This document shows, piece by piece, positions 10,551 to 25,009 of a DNA stretch of 64,000 nucleotides; position 1 is the first letter of the stretch, and each line of letters begins with the position of its first letter. Source of the DNA: Octopus sinensis (lineage: Eukaryota); contig NC_043007.1 of the NCBI RefSeq assembly GCF_006345805.1, positions 26,412,001 through 26,476,000 of the forward strand, in the 5' to 3' direction. A program made the position numbers and the translations under genes. A model generated the notes under the pieces. It had not been told where the DNA came from and made no database searches. It worked only from the letters and a program-made list of their open reading frames with translations.

Positions 10551-13500
10551 CTTTTTTTTCTTCTTTCAAATTTCTTCCATTTCTTGCCGAGTGTCTTCCC
10601 GACTCCTAGGGCAAAGAAACTCATAGGTATATTGGTAGGCCATTAAACCAAACTCAGTAGTTCGCTAATTTTTTTTTTTTTTTTTTTAAGTTAAATTAAA
10701 ATACATGAGCAGCAACAGTTCTCACATCGACAATGCTCTTCTCAATACGTGTGATGTACCAGTTAAGACAATCTTTTGCACTTCTTGCAGGGATGGTAAG
10801 CCAGGGATCATTCTCATATAATTTTCGGTTCCCTTCTTGATCATTCCTAGTGCTCCTACGATCACTGGTATTGTAACCGCCTTGAGATGCCACATTTTCT
10901 CAATTTCAATGAGTAGGTCTTTATATTTTCTGAGCTTGTCAAACTCTTTCGCTGAGATATTATGATCACAGGGGATGCTCATGTCGATCAATAAGCAAAC
11001 TTTATTGTTTTGGTCTTTCACAACAATATCTGGTTTATTGGCCTTGATGGTTCGGTCTGTATGTACTGGAAAGTCCCACAGAATGGTTACATTTTCTCCT
11101 TCAGTTACAGCCTCAGGGTGGTGATTATACCACTTGTCGGCAGTTTTGATATTGTAATGCCGACTTATTAGCCAGTGGAGATATTGGCCAACTCTGTCAT
11201 GTCTTAATTTATACTCCACTGGTGCTAAGACTTTACATCCAGAGATTAGGTGGTCCACTGTTTCAATCATGTCGTTGCAGAATCGGCATTTTGGGTCTGC
11301 TCCATTTTTCATCACATTGGCCTGGTAGTTCCGGGTTAATAGGCTTTGTCTTGAGCAGCCAGGATGAAACCTTCGCTCTCTGCTTTTAGCCCTGAGCTCC
11401 GTAGCCACTGATGGGTTTGCTTCTGGTCAACATCAGCTTGTTTGCTGCGGGTCACATATTTGCCGTGCAGAGGTTTCTCCTCCCACCTATCAGCCAATTG
11501 CTCGTGCGCTTTTTTCATTGCCATCATTTTCACCTTCTTTGCAACAATAGTTGCCGTACTTCCCTCGGGTTGTTCAGTTTGGGTATCCTGCACGAGATCA
11601 ATAGCAAATTTTTTGCTTTCCTTGATGATAGAATGAAGCTTCTTTCGTCTCTCGTGATTTTCCACGAGCTTTAGCATCCAGTCATTCGATATTTCGAGAT
11701 ATTTGGCCAGTCCAATTGTGGTTGTTTTGTAAGCTAGTTCAAATTGGATCAGGCCTCGACCTCCTTGGGCTCTGGAAGGTAAAGGCGATCTACGTCTGCC
11801 TTTGGGTGGTGCATCCTATTACAACTCAGCAGCTTGCGTATTTTTTATCTATATTCTTTACTTCACTCATATTCCAGTTCAACACATTGTAGCTATAAGT
11901 AACAACTGGAACTGCTAAGGAATTTATAGCTAACACCTTGTTACGTGCATTTAGTTCAGATTTCAGGACTGCACGAACTCTCCTATAACATTCCTTCCTG
12001 ATTCTTTTCATGCTTGCATGCTGAATACCAGAGCCTTCATTATCCCTAAATATTTGTATGTTTGTTCTTGCTCAAGCTCTCTTATGACTGTGTCAACATC
12101 TAACACGACTGAATTTGTGGTCTTCACTTTCCCTTTCTGGAAAGTGGCCTTGGCACACTTCTCAAGTCCAAACTCCATCCCGATGTCATCGCTGAATGCT
12201 TTCACGGTGCGCAATAGGCCTTCAAGTTCATTATTGTCTTTACCATAAAGTTTTAAGTCATCCATATAAAATAGATGGCTTATTTTTTTATTGGCAATTT
12301 ATACCCATACCCTGTTCTGTTTAATTCACTTGTAAGGGGTATTAGGGCTATGCAGAATATTAAAGGTGAAAGTGAGTCACCTTGAAAAATTCCACAGTTG
12401 ATGTTTATATTTTCTGAGGCAAGTACTCCATTAGAGTGGTATAATTGGAGATTCGTATTCCACAACGACATATTGTGCTTCAGGAAGTTTGAAATCACAG
12501 GGGAAATTTTGAAGATGTCCAGCGATCTCAAGATCCATGGATGCGGTATACTGTCGAAGGCCTTTTTATAGTCAAATGCGGTGCTGAGATTTCTGCGCTT
12601 GTTGTGACAGTTCTCAAGGATCATACGATTGATTAGCAGTTGATCTTTGCATCCGTAAGAGCCTCGGCGGCACCCTTTTTGTTCAATGGGGAAAATATCG
12701 TTCTTCTCCATGAATGCATATGTTTTCTCCGCCAGGATAGATGTTAGGATTTTATACGTGGTGGATAGACAGGTTATAGGCCGATAGTTTTTTGGAAGGT
12801 TGGTTTCGTTATTCTTGGGAGTAGGTAAGTAATGCCACTTGCTAACCATTCAGGTGTTTTCTTTGGGTCTCTCATAATTCCATTGAGCAGCTGAACTAGC
12901 TTACCGTGTGCGCACGGGAGCGATGCGAGCCAGAAATTCGGCACCCTATCTTTACCGGGGGATTTCCAATTATGGGCCTTCGTGAGTGCCTTTCTTAGGT
13001 CTGCTATTGTGATGTCTTCCCATGCTTGTTGTAAATTTTGGTAGGATCCTTCAGTTTGTATAATCCAGTCTGCATTTATGTTGTACGTCTTCTTGTCACT
13101 CCAAATCCTTTTCCAAAAGTTTTGAACTTCTTCCATGGGAGGGGGGTCTTTAACGGTTACTTTCTCCTTCCCTATTTCTCTGTAGAATTTTTGGCATTGG
13201 ATGTGAACAGCTTATTTTGCTTGTAAAACTTGTTTCTCTTCTCAAATCTTCGTATTCTTTGGGCTTTTGCTTGGACTTTTGTTTCAGCGTTTCTTTTATT
13301 GATATCAGTTCTTCTCTTGGTGAGGATCCAAATTTTCTCTTCATCTTTCTTCCTGTTCTGGATCTTACATCATTTCCACATATTAGTTCATTTAATATTG
13401 ATATTTCCCCTCTCATAAATTCAATCTCTTTTTCAATTTTACTTCTCCAGGTTTGATTTCTTCCCAGGTTTTGTTTTCTTTGTTTTTTCGGGGGCATACA

Positions 13501-14501
13501 GCTGGTTTCAATTGCCCTAGCAGAAGCGTAAATAATTTCATTTAACTCAGTAAAATCAGGTTTTAATTCTCGTATTATTTCATTTGTTACATAGTTGCCA
13601 ATTTGGATTTGTTTTTTATTTTGGTTTGTATTTGAGAGTTTATGAAGCGGTTCTCTATCATTCATACTTGTATGTCTTACAACTTCAAGCGTATTCAGGA
13701 TTTTCTGCCTCATTTCTGCTATAGACTCTGTGTTCTTCAGCAAATGCGAGATCTTCAGTTACTGTTGTTTTTTCGTTTTCCTGGCTATCTTTAACAGGTA
13801 CAATAGAATTTCTTGTATCTTCAGGCCTTTGCGTACTTTGGTCAGATGGCAGTCTTTCAATTAAGCCTCGTGGCGGGCTATACTGTTCATCTGATTCTTC
13901 ATTTCCTTTGTGTCTTATATTTATGTCATTTTCCGTTGCGTGCTTGATCGCGCTTATTTCACTGTCTGTGAGTCTGTTATTTCTAAGATATCCCTCCTCA
14001 CATTTGCTAATTTGTTCTCGTCCAAATAGGGCCTACTGTCTTGATTCCGTGTTCTCCATATACTGTAAGAGTTTGCGGTGTGTCTCTCTTGAGATGGCCT
14101 ACCTAATGCATAGTAATAAGCGTATATTACTTCTTTATACTCTTCTCGGGTCCATTTGTTCCGCTTACATTTTTCTTTCTGTGGTGGTTGTGGTGGTGAA
14201 CTTGGAGGGCTCGAGTTGGGGGATTTCCCGTTCAAGTGACCATCCATGTCCATATTCGGAGAAGAGTTTGTGCCAGTTGATGACTTATCGATCCCAGGCT
14301 GGCTCTTCCCTGGGGGACGCGCTTCCAGAGTAACCATAGGACAAGCGATTTGGTATACTGATTTAGTTTTCCTTTCAGTTTCCAAAAACATTTTGGTGCT
14401 ACGATAATGTTATCATTTTTTTAGCTTTGATTGGCTCGTGGGGAGACGGCCATCATTGCCGTTACAATTATAATCGTACCATTATAGCAGCCGTAGTCGG
14501 C
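10551..14501 (-). mobile_element. R4/Dong-clade non-LTR retrotransposon, apparently full length, in (TAA)n
   Basis: Single long ORF with RT and C-terminal RLE. 3' UTR ends GAAAGAAAAAAAAG then (TAA)n at 10550. 5' end is preceded by GATAATAACAATAATAA at 14502 onward. Confidence 0.9.
10722..14391 (-). pseudogene. Frameshifted LINE ORF: RT plus CCHC zinc knuckle plus restriction-like (PD..D) endonuclease
   Basis: Track ORFs in series: KWTREEYKEV..; KSPGKDRVPNFW; NYRPITCLSTTYK; EQKGCRRGSYGCKDQL; DYKKAFDSIPH; GIFQGDSLSPL; YMDDLKLY; YKYLG; CRFC..ETVDHLISGC; RHDRV; KPDIVVKD..LIDMSIP; PVIVGALG. Confidence 0.93.
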
Positions 14502-14769
14502 TTATTATTGTTATTATCATCACCATTCCCATCACTATTCATCATATCACCACCATCATCATCATCAATGATATTGTTTTATGTGTAGTCACAGCAGTAT
14601 CTTATTATTGTTATTTTGTTTTTTTATCATTATCACCATCACAGTAGTGTCTGTCTGTCTCGTTGGCTGGCGTGACTTGTCCTTTTTTTTTTTTTTTTTT
14701 AGGTGCGGTCCTATCGGTCAAAAAAAGTTCAGATGTTTACTACTATTAGGCTTAAGAAAAATTAAGGAA

Positions 14770-15790
14770 GGGCGGTTCTGTATTGTTTGTGAATAGAGAA
14801 GTTGTGTTCGACCAGAGAGATCGTAGCATCATCATTTTTTTTTTTTTTCCACGTGCGTTTGTGTTATTGCAATAAAAAGTGTTTGTATATTCCTGTAAGG
14901 TAATATTGTGAGGTGAAGTTGACTTTTCTAGAGATGTTTGTATGTCCAGTTAGAAGAACAGGTGTGTTTTTACAATAAAAAGTATATGTTTACATTTATA
15001 TTTGAATATTCAGGGAGGAAGCAAAGAAAAGTCAGATTTTCATAGAAAGTTTTAGGGTTTTGTAAGTCCACAAAAAGAAAAAAAAGAAAAGCGTGATGTT
15101 TAGAGAGAAGAAAAAAAAAAAAGGATGTTTACAGAGGCAATTGTGGGTATCAAAGTTTTTAAGCTGGTCGAATGTATGATTGAAAACTGTAGATATGAAT
15201 TTGTAAATTTCTTAACTTATTTTGAAGGGCTGTTCTGTATATTTGTGAATAGAGAAGCTGTGTTCGACAGAGAGAATCTTAGCATCATTATTTTTCCATG
15301 TGCGTTTGGGTTATTGCAAAAAAAATGTTTGTATATTTCGTGCTTATTTGAAGGCTATTCTGTATTATTGTGAATAGAGAAGCTGTGTTCGACCAGAGAG
15401 AATCTTAGCATCATATTTTTTCCATGTGCGTTGTGTTATTGCAATAAAAAGTGTTTGTATATTTCGTGCAAGGTAATATTGTGGAGGTTGAAGTTGACCC
15501 CTCTAGAGATGTTTGTATGTCCAGTTAGAGTGTTTTGCCAATAAAGAGTATATGTTTACATTTATATTTGAATATTCTGGGAGGAAGCAAAGAAAAGTCA
15601 GATTTTCATAGAAAGTTTTAGGGTTGCAAGTCCACAAAAGAAAAGCGTGAGTTTTTAGAGAGAAGAAAAAAAAGGGTGCTTACAGAGGCAGTTGTGGGTA
15701 TTAAAGTTTTTAAGGCCGATCGGATGTATGTTTGAAAGCTGCAGATATGTAAATTTGTAAATTTCTTAACCCACTTTGAAGAGAATTTCA
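14770..15790 (+). repeat. Degenerate tandem repeat: two ~430-460-bp units separated by a ~125-bp partial unit
   Basis: GAATAGAGAAG(T/C)TGTGTTCGAC starts at ~14791, ~15248 and ~15372; downstream blocks are collinear. Confidence 0.85.
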
Positions 15791-15940
15791 AATACTCACG
15801 AGGTATTGTAGATGTTCCAGTCTTTGAGAGTTATTTTTCCCCATTGCTAAACTGGCCCATACTAGTGTTTCTATGGCTTTCAGCCACCGAACTGTCAGAG
15901 CACTGAGGAACACGTTCAGCCGCTGTCAAGGCTGGCGCTC

Positions 15941-16019
<79 letters not shown>

Positions 16020-16040
16020 CATCATCATTATTATTATTAT
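15941..16040. repeat. (ATT)n microsatellite
   Basis: Direct inspection. Confidence 0.95.
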
Positions 16041-16729
16041 TTTAGTTCCTCTGTCAAAGTCCTTTTGACATACATTCTGTGACATTCTCAATAACATTCT
16101 GTCCCATGTGTTTCCATTTTGGCTTTCTTTGGTATACTGATTTTTCCAACGTAGTAAAATATATGGAATTATCTGCCTAATTGCCGGAATTAAAACAAGT
16201 ACATAAATCAAACTGAAACAGTAAGATTCAAATGTATTTAATACACTTATATCACAATACATGGATCAATACAATACAAGAACGAGTTTTAAGGGCTCTG
16301 CTAATAGCATTAACCCTGTTGCGTGAATCCTTCGGGTGCAATGCGGTCGGTTTGGGAGAGCCAAAGTGACAAAAGACGAACGACACATTCTAAGAACTTG
16401 GTCACTCAACGTCTGTGTCCTATGCGGGTGCAGAAACACGGATGGTGAGACTGACACTGCAGGCCAGAAGGCGAAGCTATTATACTTAGAGAAACATCTT
16501 AAGTGTATGTATGTGTGTGAATGTGTGAGCGCACAGGTGTGTGTATCCGTATGTTTATATATGGCCACATATATACATAACATTCATATATAACATTCTT
16601 ATGCTTCCCTCATGATGTTATATGTATAGCTTAAACCATCCCCAAGCCTAATCAATATCCCAGGAAACTTAGAATGAGAGTGTGTGTGTTATGTAACTAT
16701 CTAAGGCTGACTATATCTAGAAAAGTGGG

Positions 16730-16733
16730 GTAT

Positions 16734-16769
<36 letters not shown>

Positions 16770-16919
16770 ATATATATATATATTATATATATATTATGTA
16801 TGTGATTTTTGAAATTCATTTAATTTTTACTAAATCGCAATATGTGTGACTGTGTGTGCACATACGTGTATACATATATATACATATATACACATGTCAA
16901 TATATGTATAAATACACAC

Positions 16920-16961
<42 letters not shown>

Positions 16962-16996
16962 CATATATATATGTGTATATATATATATATAATATA

Positions 16997-17029
<33 letters not shown>

Positions 17030-17131
17030 TATATGCATATGTAAACACACACATATATGTATGTACATAATAGATATACATATATCTGTATATTCTATAT
17101 ATGCGTGTGTGTCTGTGTAATATGTGTGTCT

Positions 17132-17170
<39 letters not shown>

Positions 17171-17277
17171 AGTATATATATATGTCTATATACATATATA
17201 CATGGATATATGCATATATATATATATGCATATATATATGTATATATAATATATGCATATATGCATATATATATATA

Positions 17278-17356
<79 letters not shown>

Positions 17357-17380
17357 TATAAAGTATATCTATACACACAA
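16730..17380. repeat. (TA)n-rich compound microsatellite field
   Basis: Direct inspection. Confidence 0.9.
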
Positions 17381-18371
17381 AAGTATGTCTACCGCCTTCC
17401 TATTACTGTATATCATATTGTCTACACATGTATAGTATTTACATTTCTGTTATTCTCTTCTTTCCAGACTGTATTGACTTGTTAAGCGACTGACGTCAGA
17501 CGAATAATTATGCCGACTACTTTCTGCACCACCACCGCCACCACTACCACCTTAACTGCCGCCGCCACAACCACCACCACCACCATTATCGCCTCTAGGA
17601 ACTTCAAGCGCTTTCACCACCAGCCAACGGACTGTCACGCCGCCTGTTTTAAAACCCAACGTTTGCTGACGCTGACCAATAGAAGAACGGACGGTCTGGA
17701 GCCGCTGGACATAACATCCTTATACATATGTAATGCTGGGTGTTACGAGACAAGGAAAAACAATTAGAATATGAAGAGAACAAAGAAGAAAATGTATAAT
17801 TAAAACGTCAGCACGACTGAACAACACAATATATTATTAATTACTTATATAAGGGCGGTAAGATGTAGAATCGGTGAAGTGTTAGACTCGATACCTTCCT
17901 TGCGGTATTAGTAAATGTCCGTTTACTCTCTGAGTTGAGATCTTAACCGGCTCGAATTTACATTTCATCTTCAGAAAATCAATAGGGTATGTACTGAGTC
18001 AGTATACTCCGCTACTATTCTCAAACGAAAGGAAATAAGTAAAAAAAAATAAGTGTTTAAGTGTTTTAATTATATAAGGGAGGGTAATTGACTTATATTA
18101 TTTTCTTATTTATGTTTATGTCGGAGTTTTAAGCCTGCCAATTCTGATATTTTTGTTTTCTTTTATATTCCTTCATGAATTAAATATGAATTCAATAAAT
18201 GTTCATGAATCCTCCATCGGCTTGGCCATCAAGCGTTCGATCAACGAAACGCTCTAAACATTGAATCACTGAGGTGCCGCATGTCTTCGAGTATAACTCA
18301 ATCTTTGGCATACTACAACCCCCATTTTCTCCTAACAGGAAATTAGTATTACATAAAATCTTCTTAATATA

Positions 18372-18605
18372 TATTTCTTTACTACCCACAAGGGGCTAAA
18401 CACAGAGGGGACAAACAAGGACAGACAAACGGATTAAGTCGATTACATCGACCCCAGTGCGCAACTGGTACTTAATTTATCGACCCCGAAAGGATGAAAG
18501 GCAAATTCGACCTCGGCGGAATTTGAACTCAGAAGGTAACGGCAGACGAAATACGGCCGCGCATTTCGCCCGGCGTGCTAACGTTTCTGCCAGCTCGCCG
18601 CCTTG
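18372..18605 (-). mobile_element. Full-length family A SINE
   Basis: Complete head/body/tail; perfect 15-bp TSD AATCTTCTTAATATA at 18357-18371 and 18606-18620. Confidence 0.92.
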
Positions 18606-19425
18606 AATCTTCTTAATATAATAAATATTCTTAATATAATGTAGTCTTTGAGCGCAGGTGTAGCTGGGTGGTAAGAAGATTTGGTAGGGTTTTTGTCAGA
18701 AAGACAGACGAAATTCCGCTAAGCTTTTCGGTCGGAGTGCTAACTTTTTTACCAGCTCGCCGCCTTGCTTCGTTTGCAATAGCCCGATGATAATTGTACG
18801 TATGTCATAAATCGTAACCACTTGAAACATATGTAATAATTGCATTCGAAACATCAAGAATATGTTTGTGATAATTCCCCTAACGTTGAGGCGCGTGGAT
18901 TAATGGTTAGGGTGTTGGCATCATGATCGTAAGACAGTGGTTTCGATTTACCATCCATATTTATATATATAAAATACTACAATCAGCCGCCATTTTTGAC
19001 GGCACGGAGCCAGTTAGTATGTCGTAATTACTAAATAGGAATTAAGACTAGCCTCACTTGAGAAAGGGATATAACCTAAAAAGAACTATATTTCTTCTGT
19101 CTGTCTATCTAACAATCCATTCACATCTATCTTTCTCTCTCTCTCACCCTTTCTCTTCCCACCTTTCCCTTATTTTTAATCTTCTATACAAATGAAAATA
19201 TTTCCTCTACCTGGCGGCTTTTCTTTCTACAAAACGAGAAGTTACATCGCGGATCTGTTAATATAAAGAGTTGTACATATTTATCATCCCACGAGATACA
19301 TCTACAACGCAGGATACTCCTGAAACAGTTGTTGAGTGTCCCACCTATGAAGAATCGATGTCGAAACAATTGTCGTGATTAATAATAAATTCTCGTATAT
19401 TCCATCTTCCGTCTTTCCTTTGCCT

Positions 19426-19477
<52 letters not shown>

Positions 19478-19695
19478 GAGAGTGTTAGGTATCCAAAGGA
19501 ACCAAAAGACAAGTAGGGATAGTTCATTATGTTTAACTGTCTTATATTGTCTCTGATGCTGGGATATCCTTTAGAACACTGAAACTGCTGTAAGACTGTC
19601 TCTCTCTTTATAACCGTCCCAGAAATCTCACTCTGCCATGATTTTGTTGTCTCATTTTATTCAGCACATATACATATATACATACATACATATAT

Positions 19696-19787
<92 letters not shown>

Positions 19788-20028
19788 CACATATACTGTT
19801 ACTCAGAAATTCATATACATATATATACATATATATTTAAATTATATATGTGTGTATATGTGCGAGTGTAATATAAAATTCGTTTACATGTAGAGGTTAA
19901 AATAACAGTCTAAGGGATAGGAGTACCCATTATACTACCTCTATATTACCTATGTTTGCCCATGGCAGACATGTTTTCTTTCTTCTTTCTTCTGTCTTTA
20001 TATATATGTAAATAATATTATATGTAAA

Positions 20029-20070
<42 letters not shown>

Positions 20071-20827
20071 ATTATTTGCATATATATCATTCGCTCTATC
20101 TTAAATGTATAAATATACAAATTTACATATACATACGTACATACACACACATATATAAAAAATATGTATGTATATATATATATATGTATATGTACATGTT
20201 AGTATGTATATATAGCAAGATATATGTGCGTATGTGTGTGTGTATGTGTAAGGCCTGTCGCTGTCTGTGTCGGCGTCTGTAATTTGTGTCGAGTTGTTTT
20301 CTGTTAGATCAAGAGCGTAACTTAACGATTCGATGAATAGAGGTCGATAAAATATGTACCAGACAGAACTAAATACCGAGGTCGATAATATCGACTAAAA
20401 TGTCTGAAAGGCTGACCCAGCATGGCTGCAGTCCGTCATACTCCAATGATTGAAATCGATATTAATGTAAAAGTATAATTATATGCAATACGTATGTATG
20501 TATGCATGCATGTATGTGTGTATTTGTGTGTATGTATATATGTATGTATTTAGTTAGGTATGTATGTACGCGTTACTGTGTGGTTATGGTGGTGGTGCAC
20601 CCATGCCTCTGTGTATGTGTGTTAAGTTTAGGTTATTCTTTAAAGAAATATCGAGACTAAGAACGAAGCGTTTACTGATGGGATAAGACAGAACTAAATA
20701 TTCAATTAAAATTGATATAAAATTCGTTTACATATAGAGGTTAAAATAACAGTCCAAGCGATAGAAGTATCCATTATACTACCGGTAACCTACCTACGTT
20801 TAACCATGGGCATACATATGTTTTCTT

Positions 20828-20863
<36 letters not shown>

Positions 20864-21065
20864 GAATATACATATATGCATATTCAAATGTATGTATATA
20901 CTTATATATACGTATATATGTTCATATAATTTCAAGTACATTCATATATTATATACATTTGTAGTATGATATATATATAAAACATATATATATATAAAAC
21001 ATATATACACATAAATATGCATGTATCTTTGTGTGTGTATAATATATTATATATATATGAGTGTG

Positions 21066-21109
<44 letters not shown>

Positions 21110-21549
21110 ATATATGTATATATATGCATATACATATATAAATGTATATATATATGTGTATAAATAAATATATATGAATAAAAATATGTGTGTGTATATA
21201 TATGTATGAACGCCTTTCCATGTATATAGATGCATATATATATATAAATATGTATGTCTGTATGTACGTGAGTGTGCGTAGGCATGTGTGATACTATCTC
21301 ACACATCGACACATTGACACATATACACACATTGTATCGCTTATTCGATTTAGAATAAGTATTACTTCGTCTCATCAAAATTCTCCAACTCGTATTTTTT
21401 TTCTGTAACAATCATTCTTCATTGTTGCATTCTCAAATTCTTCATTAACATTATTTTACCAAACTCTCCTTCTTTCTCCGAAGCTTTTGTATACCGTAAG
21501 GCTTTTCCTATCGTGCTCTCCATCATTCTCCATGTAATTCTACCCCCAC

Positions 21550-21586
21550 AGCTCTCTCTCTCTCTCTCTCTCTTTCTCTTTTCTCT

Positions 21587-21618
<32 letters not shown>

Positions 21619-21835
21619 CATCTTTATATTTCATTTCTGTCATTTCCGCATCTCGCTATTGAGGCGAAATGTCAGTATTTTGTCTAGATTGTTGCTGCCG
21701 TTGTTGTTCTTCTTGTTATTTTCTTCTTCATGTCTTTTCTTCTTCTTCTTCTTCTTCTTCTTCTTCTTCTTCTTCTTCTTCTCTTCTTTTCTTCTTCTTC
21801 TTCTTCTTCTTCTTCTTCTTCTTCTTCTATCTAGT
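21550..21835. repeat. (CT)n and (TCT)n microsatellites
   Basis: Direct inspection. Confidence 0.9.
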
Positions 21836-22073
21836 CATCATTTTCCCTCGTATTTTTCTCATCGGTTTTCATTTCAATTTTCTGTCGGCAATACTACAAA
21901 TTGAAATACATACACACAGACACATACACACACATATTCACGTGCGCGCACACACACATATATGCACATATACACAAATACGCATATATGTACGCATGCT
22001 CGTATTCATATTTATTGATATACACATATATATACATACATTTATGTCTGTGTGTGTATGTGGTTTTATACAC

Positions 22074-22105
<32 letters not shown>

Positions 22106-22109
22106 ATAT

Positions 22110-22496
22110 ATCTTTATATATAAAAGTAAGGTTGTGTGTCTGTTTACTCCGATTTAGATTCCTAACTACTCCCACATTTTGCGGTGCAGTTTAACCAAAA
22201 CCGGGTATCTTATAGTCGTCATTCATATGGAGCCCTTCTGGGTATTAGCGTGCGTCTACGATGAGGCTACGATTTTAAAGATAATTTACCATCATTTTTT
22301 CCATTTTAATGCATATTTTTTAAATATAAGGGAAGTAACTCTCTAAAAATGATGAGTCAACGATTTAAAAAAAATTACCATCACATTTTTTCCATTTTGA
22401 ATGCATTTTTTTGCTATTTTTTGGCTATAACTCTCTAAAAATGCTTTATAGTTATTTCCCTTACAAACCCGAGCAACGCCGGGTGATACTGCTAGT
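22110..22496 (-). mobile_element. Non-autonomous Helitron-like element
   Basis: Minus strand starts ACTAGCAGTATCACCCGGCGTTGCTCGGG and ends TTTTATATATAAAGAT, in TA context. Homologous to 44883-45154. Confidence 0.7.
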
Positions 22497-23029
22497 ATAT
22501 ATATATAACGATGATTTTCCTTTGCAAATACTAATCAGACACAGTGTGTCGTTAGCCAGGTGGAGGAGATGTCATCCTGGGGCTAAAAACAATACTAGCA
22601 TCGTCCTCTATGGGACCACCATATTTAGTTGGCAAATATACTTTACGATTCCGTTCTGCTACTTCTCGCTCAAATATATTGCTATATATATATATATTAT
22701 ATATATATTATATTATATATTATTTATATTATATTATATATATATATTATTATATTATATTTATATGCTTATAGGTTAAATGAGGCATGCTTGCCCTTAC
22801 TGCCGAAACAGCTGTCAGATATGATATAATTACATATTATATTTTATATTTTATATTTCTATTTCCTTGTCTAATTATATTTACAGTATATTTTGTATAA
22901 TGCCTTTACTGTTATGTAATGGTGTATTAAAGTATTGATTGGGTATCATCTGATGGTTGATGTTTGATTGATTTAAGTATGTTTCTCCATTTTCTAATTT
23001 TGTAGTTATATATATATATATATATTATA

Positions 23030-23290
23030 TAAAATCCGTTTGTGTGTGTGTCTTCTGGGATCTCGGGCGTCCTCTATCCGATTGCGCTGAAATATGATAT
23101 GTAGATACCGATGGTATCAGGGCGTGTATAAGTCTTGAAAAAGTTACAAAATTCGATTCCAGGTGAGAATGCGATCGATAACGCCGTGGGAACGTGCATT
23201 TACCTCCAGCTAAACCATTTGCATGCATCGTTTTTGTCCTGCTTTTCCTCCATCGACCTGTACATAACTGCACCTTCCATTTTTTTGTTT
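23030..23290 (-). mobile_element. Possible 3' fragment of another Helitron-like element
   Basis: TATATAAAA..GTGTGTGTGTC..ATCTCGGG..CCGATTGCGCTGAAA is typical of such 3' ends; the other end was not found. Confidence 0.35.
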
Positions 23291-23324
23291 TGTGTTCGGC
23301 CATTGTGACCTATAAAAGAAATTA

Positions 23325-23488
23325 TCATTATTATTATTATTATTATTATTATCATTTTATTATATTTTATTATTATTATTATTATTATTATTTATTATTA
23401 TTATTATTATCATTCATTATTATTATTATTATTATATTATTATTATTATTATTATATTATAATTTTCGTCATTATTATTATCATCATT

Positions 23489-23520
<32 letters not shown>

Positions 23521-23734
23521 CATTATTATATTATTATTATAACTATATATTATTATTATTATATTATTATTATATATTTATTATTATTATTATTATATTA
23601 TTAGTATAATTTTCATCATATTATTATCATCATTATTATCATTTCATATTATTATTATTATCATTATTAATATCTATTATTATTACTATTATTATTATTA
23701 GTGATATTATTATTTTATTATTATTATATTTATT

Positions 23735-23772
<38 letters not shown>

Positions 23773-23840
23773 TATTATTACATTGTTATTTGTTATTACC
23801 ATTATTATTATTATTATTGTTGTTGTTGTTGTTGTTGTTA
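23325..23840. repeat. Degenerate (ATT)n/(CAT)n/(GTT)n tract
   Basis: Direct inspection. Confidence 0.9.
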
Positions 23841-24191
23841 TTTTGTTAGTGGTCGCGCTATAAGTTTTTTTTCTTTTTATGTTATTATGTATTATATTTG
23901 TCTCTTGTGTTTTTACTTATCTGCATACTAGTGGTTTTGCTGCATGCATTTAATCGTATATCAAACCCTAACCAGCACCAGCACCACCACCGTCACCAAT
24001 ACCAACACCACCACCACCACCACCACCATATTTACATACTTCATCTGATAAGCTTGAGAAAACTCAGAAACGGCATCAGCATAAATATAAATTGAAATAC
24101 ATAGACATTTAAATATGTAGTATATATATATATATATTATATATATATATAGATATATATATATATGCATGTACATATACATATTACAATA

Positions 24192-24231
<40 letters not shown>

Positions 24232-24606
24232 TATATATATATATATATATATATACTATATATATACATATATAATCTATGTACTTTGTGGCATCGCTCT
24301 AACTAAAACTCGTAGAGTGAAATAGTAAGAACAATGCTGCAACAAATAACAGACACGTCAACAAATAATATCAACAACACAAAATGATAGTTCGCAACAA
24401 CAAAATCTCTGACAATGTCGGTAACAAACAGCTGCCACCATCATCAGAAAACAACAAAAGCAATAGAGTATAGTTATTATTCACGCTACACTATTCCCTA
24501 AGTAGGACATGTTGTGCATCGATAAAAAAATTAGACGAGAAAAGTTTTAGCATTTCAAATACATGCAAGAAACGTATATATATGAACTTCGTGTATTTGT
24601 TTGCAC

Positions 24607-24607
<1 letters not shown>

Positions 24608-24637
<30 letters not shown>

Positions 24638-24770
24638 TGTATGTATGTATGTATGTATGTATGTATGTATGTATGTATGTATGTATACGTACGTATGTAT
24701 GTATGTATGTATGTATGAAAGTTTTTATGTATGTATGTTTATATGTATGTATGTATGTATGTGTGCATGT
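24608..24770. repeat. (TATG)n microsatellite
   Basis: Direct inspection. Confidence 0.95.
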
Positions 24771-24975
24771 ATGAATATATATGTACACATATATATACAT
24801 ATATGTATAATATGTAATATATTTATGAAGAATATATATATATATTCATGTATATATCATATATGTATATAAATACACACACATGTATATATTACACACA
24901 CATATACATATGTTTATCTATAATGATATATATGTTATATCAGTGTGTCTGTGTATGTGCTTGCAAAAATATATG

Positions 24976-25009
<34 letters not shown>

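Noticed and set aside
10722-11408. C-terminal PD..D nuclease as a prokaryotic restriction or defence gene
   Set aside because: It is the restriction-like endonuclease domain of the R4/Dong LINE ORF.
17440-17767. Strong-looking splice acceptor (TTCTCTTCTTTCCAG) and TGACGTCA site
   Set aside because: All three frames stop within ~30 nt, and single short motifs are expected by chance.
19870-20825. ~110-bp direct repeat (19870-19980 and ~20715-20825); similar pair at 48530/49060
   Set aside because: These are old local duplications with no further structure.
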